In this document: positions 30,001 through 36,824 of the stretch, piece by piece
Numbering within the stretch: position 1 is the stretch's first letter
Layout: each line of letters starts with the position of its first letter
NCBI GenBank assembly: GCA_964529085.1
Contig: CAZGUM010000001.1
Location: 25,763 to 89,762, forward strand
DNA length: 64,000 nt
From: an uncultured Methylomonas sp.
GTDB lineage: Bacteria > Pseudomonadota > Gammaproteobacteria > Methylococcales > Methylomonadaceae
Direction: 5' to 3'
The notes under the pieces: model-generated
What the model was told of the DNA's origin: nothing
The model's database searches: none
The model's input: only the letters and a program-made list of their open reading frames with translations
Made by a program: the position numbers and the translations under genes

Positions 30001-30970
30001 AATGACCTACACCCCCAAGCGCTTCAAGCTACCTCCAGACAACGCATTGTCTCGTAAAGGGGATGTTGAGCCCTATGTATTCAACGACAACATTGCAATA
30101 GCAGTTGACATTGCATTAGCGACCGGACGGCCCTTGCTTGTTGCGGGCGCACCGGGCAGTGGTAAAAGCCGTTTGGCCGAGGCTATGGCAACGCTGTTGG
30201 AATGGAATTATCTGCACACCACCATGACTTCGCGCACCCGGCTCGAAGACTTAACGGCTGATTTTGATCACTTGATGCGCATGCATGATGCGCAAACCCG
30301 TAGTAAAGAAGAAGGAATGAAACCCGATTGGGCGTATTTGAAACCAGGAATTTTTTGGTGGGCTTTCAATTGCGCCACGGCATCTGTTAGGGGGGGAACA
30401 GCCGAAGAAGCCGCAAAACATAATGCAACCCTCCATTACCCTGGTCTCCAGACACAAGCCCTTAACAAAACGGTTTTACTGATCGACGAAATTGATAAAG
30501 CCGAACCCGATTTGCCCAATGATCTACTTGAGCCCCTTGATCGTCATCGCTTTAACCGCCCGGACGGCAAGCAAGTAGACGCCGTTGAGGGCCTGGAAAT
30601 TCTGACCATCATTACCACCAACCGCGAGCGCGAACTGCCCGCTGCGTTCATGCGGCGTTGTGTGAGTTTGGTGCTGGAGTCCCCAGGCCGAAACAAGTTA
30701 GTCAACATTGCCGAGCGCCATTTTCCTAAAGAAAGTGAGACTGACACTTTTAAAAAATTAACCCAAGCTGTAGCAGCCAAGACTATCAACCTGCAGAAAC
30801 AAGCTGCGGACCTGAATCGCCGGCCACCCAGTACCAGCGAGTTTTTAGACGCTCTAAAAACTTGTAAGAATCTGAATATCAATGTCGAGCATGCAAACTG
30901 GCAATTGATCGAGCAGTCAATTCTGATCAAAGATTTGAGCGATAAAAATGACGGACAAACCGAAGAATAA
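29990..30970 (+). CDS. MoxR-family AAA+ ATPase
   Basis: RPLLVAGAPGSGKS, LLIDEIDKA, TTNRERELPAAFMRRC. Confidence 0.92.
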   Translation: MTTEMTYTPKRFKLPPDNALSRKGDVEPYVFNDNIAIAVDIALATGRPLLVAGAPGSGKSRLAEAMATLLEWNYLHTTMTSRTRLEDLTADFDHLMRMHDAQTRSKEEGMKPDWAYLKPGIFWWAFNCATASVRGGTAEEAAKHNATLHYPGLQTQALNKTVLLIDEIDKAEPDLPNDLLEPLDRHRFNRPDGKQVDAVEGLEILTIITTNRERELPAAFMRRCVSLVLESPGRNKLVNIAERHFPKESETDTFKKLTQAVAAKTINLQKQAADLNRRPPSTSEFLDALKTCKNLNINVEHANWQLIEQSILIKDLSDKNDGQTEE

Positions 30971-31952
30971 AACGGATATCGGTCTGAGCGATCTACTGGT
31001 TGCGCTGACGGAGCTACCTTGGCAAACCGATGCACATAAAAAGGCCATTTTTCACGCCTTGGGATTTGCGTGGCAGGACAGCAAACCGGAAGTGATTGAT
31101 TCAAGTTCTACAAGGCAAATCTTCGACCGCAATCGCTATCAGCAAAAACCTACAATCAAGCCAACGTCAAACACACCGACGGGGTTCAGCCCTCCACCAC
31201 CTCCACAACCACCAGTAGAGTTACCTCAACTTATCCTTAATAGCCAACTAAAAGAGTTAGATACCATTGCGGATGAAGCCCCCGACTGGTTGAGTCAGGA
31301 CAGTGTCTTACTCGCCGACGAGCAACCGCCTGCTAAAGTGGCCAGAGACAACTTGTTTCCGGATCTCACGCATCGAGGCGTTCTTTCAGCGGCATTGCGC
31401 GTGCAACAGCAAGGCAAGGACGTCGACATCCCGCGCTTGATCAAACATGTCACGAAAGGTCGAATTCCGAAAGCCCTGCCAACTCGCATCGAGGTAACTC
31501 TGCAACGAGGTTGTCAATTATTGCTGGATTACAGCGATGCCATGGTGCCGTTTTGGCAGGACCTGAATGCCCTTGCTGACCAAGCGCAAAACGTGATTGG
31601 TAAGGAACGAGTTAAGATTTACGAGTTCGACCAGAATCCACGAGACGCGCAGTGTTGGGACAACCCGTTAACCGTAGAATCCTGGCATGCTGACGATACG
31701 CGTCCGATATTAGTCGCTACCGATCTGGGCATCAGTGGCAGCCGCGTGCGCTGGCCGATCGGCCCCCACTGGCGCCGGTTTATCGATCTCTGTAGCCAAA
31801 AACGGATTCCGCTCATCCTGCTCATTCCCTGGAACTCCGAATATTGGCCGGACATTCGCAGCAACCATCCGATTTTGGTGCACTGGAACCCGCACACGAC
31901 CGCAACCATGGTCAAAAAACGGGTCGGCGCTGGCCACCAAATTGGCTCATGA
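30948..31952 (+). CDS. Divergent vWA-domain protein (SAV_2336-like)
   Basis: Pro-rich linker; DVDIPRLI; LLLDYSDAMVPF (degenerate MIDAS); PILVATDLG. Confidence 0.7.
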   Translation: MTDKPKNKTDIGLSDLLVALTELPWQTDAHKKAIFHALGFAWQDSKPEVIDSSSTRQIFDRNRYQQKPTIKPTSNTPTGFSPPPPPQPPVELPQLILNSQLKELDTIADEAPDWLSQDSVLLADEQPPAKVARDNLFPDLTHRGVLSAALRVQQQGKDVDIPRLIKHVTKGRIPKALPTRIEVTLQRGCQLLLDYSDAMVPFWQDLNALADQAQNVIGKERVKIYEFDQNPRDAQCWDNPLTVESWHADDTRPILVATDLGISGSRVRWPIGPHWRRFIDLCSQKRIPLILLIPWNSEYWPDIRSNHPILVHWNPHTTATMVKKRVGAGHQIGS

Positions 31953-34423
31953 GTTGGCACACGCCTAGCCAGTTTGATAGAGAGTTGCTTGCCAATCTGC
32001 GCGCCAAACTGGCGCCGGAGTTGTTGGCACTGGCGCAATTCACGGCACTAGCACCACGGATAGAACCACTGTTGCTGCGCAACATGCGCACCACACTGAT
32101 GCCTGCCAGCGAACCGGAGCTGGAACACCAGCTCTGGTTTAGCAACCTAATTGCTGCCCGCAGTACACTGGATATTGTGTTAAACCAAGGAATAGCCCGT
32201 CTGCTGGCCGATGAATTGCGTTTACAGGACGATGGAATTCTGAAGAACGTATGGACGCTTAGTCAGCGTTTCACAGCCCATTGGTCGGCACTGGATCAAT
32301 TGGAACTCAAGCTTCGCTACCATGCGCTACAACACGATGAAAACGCTATCACCGAAGCGGTGCAAGAAATCTTGAGAGCCATTCATCAGGCCAATAGTCA
32401 ACCGGATAGGCAACTCGAGCTGGCACGTTGGGCCAAAAAAACCTTGCCGTCCATTGCCTCGGAAACTACCCAATCAAACGAAATTGCCTGGTTAGCACAA
32501 TTTGCGGCCACAACCCTGGGAGCGACATCAGGCTGGACCAAGCTCAGTGCCAGCAAGCCTTTACCCCAATGGTTGGGACTCGGATCACTAACCCCGCAGA
32601 GCCAGATTGGTTTGCAACTGCGATACGACGCTTCAATCGGTTATCAGGTACTTGAATGTCTGCCGGCAAACGATGCATCCTTAACCTTGCCATTGCTGAC
32701 GCCATTACCCGCGCGCCTGTACATCCAACCTGCAAATGCCGGCGAAGGCTTTTGGGAAGTGATCAATCCTGGCGTACGGATCAAGCTACCTCAGCCTGCA
32801 AAGCGAATCGAGTTGCGCACCATAGACGGCAAACGCTACGAACTCCATGCTGAATTTGAACGTCCCACAGATCATCAAGTAGGCGAGCAGACACAACCAA
32901 TCTATTTGACCCATCACCAAGAAGATGAAGAACTGGCTCGCCACATCGCATCTCAGCTCGCACAAGAAGGCATCCAAGTCACGCTGCTGACCGAGTCGCC
33001 AACCGAATTTAAGCGGCTCAAAATTTGGCAAGCGGATGGTAGCCGTAGCAAATTCCTGCGCCTATGGACCCCAGCGGCGCAAAAACACTGGCAACCCGAC
33101 GATATGGAAGATTATGCACTTGCCGACAGTAGTTTGCTGCTACGTTGGCAACAGACCGAGTTGCCGCGCGGTTCCGCAGGTGCTGGTGTGATCGATTGGG
33201 ACGACAGCTTGGCCAATATAGATCCAATCAAGCAATGGCTGTCCGGGCAACCGATAATCACCGGACCCAACCACGACACCCGGTGGCTGCAACAGGCCTT
33301 GAACGATTTGGGCGCCAGTCCTAGGCTCATCGTCGACGGCATCGATGGCCCGGCCACCCGGCAGGCGGTGAAGAGCTTTCAGACTCAAGCAAAACTGTTC
33401 GCCGACGGTATCGGCGGGCCGCAAACGATTGCGAGCATCGAACGACAATTGCTTCTGGATAAATTGCTCAAAGAACTGGAAGACCCACAGACCACACCAA
33501 CCCGGCGCCTGGCTATCGGCGACCAGCTTGCCGAACTCGGCGACCCACGCAAAGGTGTCGGCGTCGTCGAATACGAAGTGATCGAGTACGCGCCGCAAGT
33601 ACAAATCTTGTTGGATGAACTGAACGATATCAATACTGCACCCAAGCGGCGGCTGGAGATCGGCGATCAACTCGATGCAATGGGCGACCCCCGCCCCGGC
33701 GTGGGCTTGGACGAAAGCGGACTGCCCGACATCGACTGGGTGGAAATCCCGGCTGGGCCATTTATCTATGGAGAAGGCAAAACACAACAAACTTTAGATT
33801 TACCCAGCTTTAAAATAAGCCGTTACCCGGTTACCAACAGCCAATTTCAGGCCTTTATTGACGCCGGCGGATACCAAGATGAAGGTTGGTGGCAGGATTT
33901 AGAAAAGCCGGAACCAGAAAAATCGAGTTGGACACAAGCAAACCGGCCACGAGAAACGGTCAATTGGTATGAAGCCATAGCTTATACACGCTGGCTTTCA
34001 GTTCAATTGGGGATCAATGTTCGTTTACCCACGGAGCAGCAGTGGGAAAAGGCCGCTCGCGGACCACAGGGTTTGGTTTATCCGTGGGGCAATGAATTTC
34101 GTTCCGGGTTTGCAAACGGTGAAAATGATCTGCAACAAACTTCCGCAGTCGGCGTTTACCCGCATGGAGAATCACTTTACCAAGTTGCCGATATTGCTGG
34201 GAATGTTTGGGAATGGTGTTTAAATGATTTTGATTTGCCTAATTACGTCGATGAAACGTACACGGCGCTGTTCCAGTTGATGGGCTCGAAACGAATATCC
34301 CAGCGCGTATTGCGCGGCGGCTCCTGGAACTTCGACTCGTACAACCTGCGTTCATTGGCCTGCGACGGGGGAGATGCCGACGCCCGCCAAAGCATCGCTG
34401 GTTTCCGTCTCGCCCAGGACTAA
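31949..34423 (+). CDS. Multidomain protein: post-vWA helical region, TIR-like segment, peptidoglycan-binding domain, FGE-sulfatase/CLec domain
   Basis: ATGA overlap at 31949 (track start 31844); LQQALNDLG...VDGIDGPATRQAVKSFQ...L.ADGIGGPQT (PG_binding_1); LPTEQQWEKAARG, GNVWEW, RVLRGGSW...GFRLAQD. Confidence 0.85.
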   Translation: MSWHTPSQFDRELLANLRAKLAPELLALAQFTALAPRIEPLLLRNMRTTLMPASEPELEHQLWFSNLIAARSTLDIVLNQGIARLLADELRLQDDGILKNVWTLSQRFTAHWSALDQLELKLRYHALQHDENAITEAVQEILRAIHQANSQPDRQLELARWAKKTLPSIASETTQSNEIAWLAQFAATTLGATSGWTKLSASKPLPQWLGLGSLTPQSQIGLQLRYDASIGYQVLECLPANDASLTLPLLTPLPARLYIQPANAGEGFWEVINPGVRIKLPQPAKRIELRTIDGKRYELHAEFERPTDHQVGEQTQPIYLTHHQEDEELARHIASQLAQEGIQVTLLTESPTEFKRLKIWQADGSRSKFLRLWTPAAQKHWQPDDMEDYALADSSLLLRWQQTELPRGSAGAGVIDWDDSLANIDPIKQWLSGQPIITGPNHDTRWLQQALNDLGASPRLIVDGIDGPATRQAVKSFQTQAKLFADGIGGPQTIASIERQLLLDKLLKELEDPQTTPTRRLAIGDQLAELGDPRKGVGVVEYEVIEYAPQVQILLDELNDINTAPKRRLEIGDQLDAMGDPRPGVGLDESGLPDIDWVEIPAGPFIYGEGKTQQTLDLPSFKISRYPVTNSQFQAFIDAGGYQDEGWWQDLEKPEPEKSSWTQANRPRETVNWYEAIAYTRWLSVQLGINVRLPTEQQWEKAARGPQGLVYPWGNEFRSGFANGENDLQQTSAVGVYPHGESLYQVADIAGNVWEWCLNDFDLPNYVDETYTALFQLMGSKRISQRVLRGGSWNFDSYNLRSLACDGGDADARQSIAGFRLAQD

Positions 34424-34502
34424 ACCTTTATTCTGTGTCCTTTTACCCTTTTCCGCTTTGGTTTTTTAGCTTTCGAGCGGCCGATAGGCCGCTCGCGATT
34501 TT
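34304..34502 (+). repeat. Putative DGR variable region plus downstream 63-nt element with hairpin (copy 1)
   Basis: VR-like 34304-34423; 34440-34502 is identical to the reverse complement of 36626-36688; hairpin CGAGCGGCC-GATA-GGCCGCTCG at 34474-34495. Confidence 0.75.
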
Positions 34503-34588
34503 TTTACGGACCATAGATCGTTTTGAAAAAAATTACCGGGCAATTGATTGCTACCAAGTCGTTTCATGAACAAATCTGAGGTAAACCG

Positions 34589-35752
34589 ATGCAGTTAAAA
34601 ATGCCCTACGATGTGTTTTTAGCGTACTCGCGAGAGGATTCTATTAAGGTCGAACTCTTGGCTCAGGCTCTGGAGTCGAACGGTTGCAGCGTTTTTTGGG
34701 ATCATAATGAGTTTTTGGGGCATGATGAATGGGATCTAATGGAGGTCCTGCGTGATATTGCCGAACCCTTCAGCATTGTTGTAATTTGGTCGCAAGTCTC
34801 ATTGAACGCTGAAAATGTATTAAAGGCGGCTGAGCATGGGCTTGGTCTCGGAAAGCTGCTGCAAATTTGTATTGAACAAATTACTCTGCCATCACCATTT
34901 GACCAGTTAGATTGTGCTGACTTTTCAAAATGGAATGGCAATCTTGCTGATTCAGAGTTTGTATTCTTTTGGGAAGCCGTCTCGGCAAAACTTATTCACG
35001 CAAAAGGCAAGACTCAAGGCAGCCAAACCTTGGTGACTGACGGAATACCGCTAATCACCCGCAAAAGCAAACTGCTTCCCGACATCGACTGGGTAGAAAT
35101 TCCACAGGGTATTTATATTCTGGAAAATACTGGAACAAGAGTTTTGGATAAATTCTTCATCAGTCGCTATCCGATTACCCACTGTCAGTATCAGACTTTT
35201 ATCAACGCTGCTGGCTACCAGGAAGCGCGTTGGTGGCGGGATTTGATTCGCCCTGATCCTGAATCCGCAGTCTGGTCGCAATCCAATCGACCGCGCGACA
35301 GTGTCAATTGGTACGAAGCCGTGGCTTTTTGCCGATGGCTGTCCGCGCAATTGGGTTACGAAATCAAACTGCCGAGCGAAGCGCAGTGGAAAATTGCCGC
35401 GTATGGCCCCGAGCAATTCGAATACCCTTGGGGTCAAGAGGACCTGATTACCAATGCCAACATGGCCTTAGACGAATCGACCGGCTTAAATCAAACCTGT
35501 GCCGTCGGCTTGTTTCCGCAAGGCGCATCGCCCTATGGTGTGATGGACATGGCGGGCAACCTATGGGAATGGTGCGATGATGTCTATCCGCAAACGCCAC
35601 CAGCCGATCCCGCCCAACCAGCTCGCGTCTTACAGGGCGGCAGTTGGGATTCGCCGCTTTCCGATGCTCACATTACTGCCTATCGCGGACAGCATCCGGA
35701 ATGGGGCACCCAAGATGTCGGCTTCCGCGTAGTCTGCCAGTCACCCAAATAA
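34589..35752 (+). CDS. TIR plus FGE-sulfatase/CLec protein
   Basis: YDVFLAYSRED...VFWD TIR; LPDIDWVEIP...GNLWEW...RVLQGGSW...GFRVV. Confidence 0.88.
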   Translation: MQLKMPYDVFLAYSREDSIKVELLAQALESNGCSVFWDHNEFLGHDEWDLMEVLRDIAEPFSIVVIWSQVSLNAENVLKAAEHGLGLGKLLQICIEQITLPSPFDQLDCADFSKWNGNLADSEFVFFWEAVSAKLIHAKGKTQGSQTLVTDGIPLITRKSKLLPDIDWVEIPQGIYILENTGTRVLDKFFISRYPITHCQYQTFINAAGYQEARWWRDLIRPDPESAVWSQSNRPRDSVNWYEAVAFCRWLSAQLGYEIKLPSEAQWKIAAYGPEQFEYPWGQEDLITNANMALDESTGLNQTCAVGLFPQGASPYGVMDMAGNLWEWCDDVYPQTPPADPAQPARVLQGGSWDSPLSDAHITAYRGQHPEWGTQDVGFRVVCQSPK

Positions 35753-35778
35753 TTTCGTCTCTCTCCAAGGAAGAATCC

Positions 35779-36615
35779 ATGCATCATTACCTGCACTACG
35801 TCGTCCGCCGCATTGCCACGCCGAACTATAAGAACGCGTCCGACCCCTATTTTGCCGAAAACCAGCCGGATGACCAAGGCTTGTTCAGACCAGCGTTTCA
35901 CGATGTGCCGGGCGGGTACGGTTTGGCGGGACAGGTGAAGGTAGGCGATTACATTTGGGTTTTTTCACAACTGACAGGTCCTTGGGGTTCTTTACCACCG
36001 GCGCTGGATGTGCTTGTAGTGGTGGAAGAGATTTCGGATACCATACGATCCCAGCCAAAACCGGAAGACGACGAGGTGGAACAGCAAGACCAGCCAACCA
36101 AAGTCAAAAGATTTCTAGCGGGCGAAGGCTCGCGTTGGTTCCCGTTGTTCGACGCCAGCAGCTTACTCAAAACAAAGCCGCTGGTTAAAAGCCAGGACAA
36201 TCTGGTGCCGATAATTTCTGGGGCTCATACCCATGTCGGGCAATCGTTACGGTTATTACGCAAAGCGGACGATCCAGCACCACTGTCAGCCCATGTCCAG
36301 GCCATTGAAAAGGCCCGCAACGTGTTTGTCAGTTATCGACTGACGGACGGTAGCCAGGCGGCGTTTGCCAGAGCCGATGCGTTATTAAAACAAGGCAACT
36401 CGGTATTCTGGGACCGCTGGAGTTTGCCGCGTCGACTCGCCGAGCGCCGCGAATTTCTCAATGACGGCGAATTAGCCCGTTATATCGAGTATTGCATCGG
36501 CATGGCCGATACGGTGGAAGGGATTAGTTCGCCGGAATATGCCGAACCTACATCCTATTCCTACACAGAATGGCAACTTGCAAACCAATTGGGCAAGTTC
36601 GTCGGTAGACATTAA
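35779..36615 (+). CDS. Protein with unknown N-terminal domain and C-terminal TIR-like domain
   Basis: RBS AAGGAAG before ATG 35779; VFVSYRLTDG...VFWDRWSL...SPEY...YTEWQLA. Confidence 0.7.
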   Translation: MHHYLHYVVRRIATPNYKNASDPYFAENQPDDQGLFRPAFHDVPGGYGLAGQVKVGDYIWVFSQLTGPWGSLPPALDVLVVVEEISDTIRSQPKPEDDEVEQQDQPTKVKRFLAGEGSRWFPLFDASSLLKTKPLVKSQDNLVPIISGAHTHVGQSLRLLRKADDPAPLSAHVQAIEKARNVFVSYRLTDGSQAAFARADALLKQGNSVFWDRWSLPRRLAERREFLNDGELARYIEYCIGMADTVEGISSPEYAEPTSYSYTEWQLANQLGKFVGRH

Positions 36616-36625
36616 CGACAATCTC

Positions 36626-36824
36626 AAAATCGCGAGCGGCCTATCGGCCGCTCGAAAGCTAAAAAACCAAAGCGGAAAAGGGTAAAAGAGCAAAGAACAC
36701 AGGGTTAGTCCTGGGCAAGACGGAAGCCAATGATGTTGGAGCGGAAGTCGTAGTCCTCCCCTCCGCGGAGAGCCGAACGCAGGTCGTCCTGTTTGCTGCC
36801 CCAAGAACCGCCACGCATCACACG
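36626..36824 (-). repeat. Putative DGR variable region plus downstream 63-nt element with hairpin (copy 2)
   Basis: VR-like 36824-36705, colinear with 34304-34423; identical 63-nt element at the same 16-nt spacing from the stop codon. Confidence 0.75.

Noticed and set aside
34304-36824. A complete DGR within the window
   Set aside because: No reverse transcriptase, Avd or AAC-rich template repeat seen; only target-side features are present
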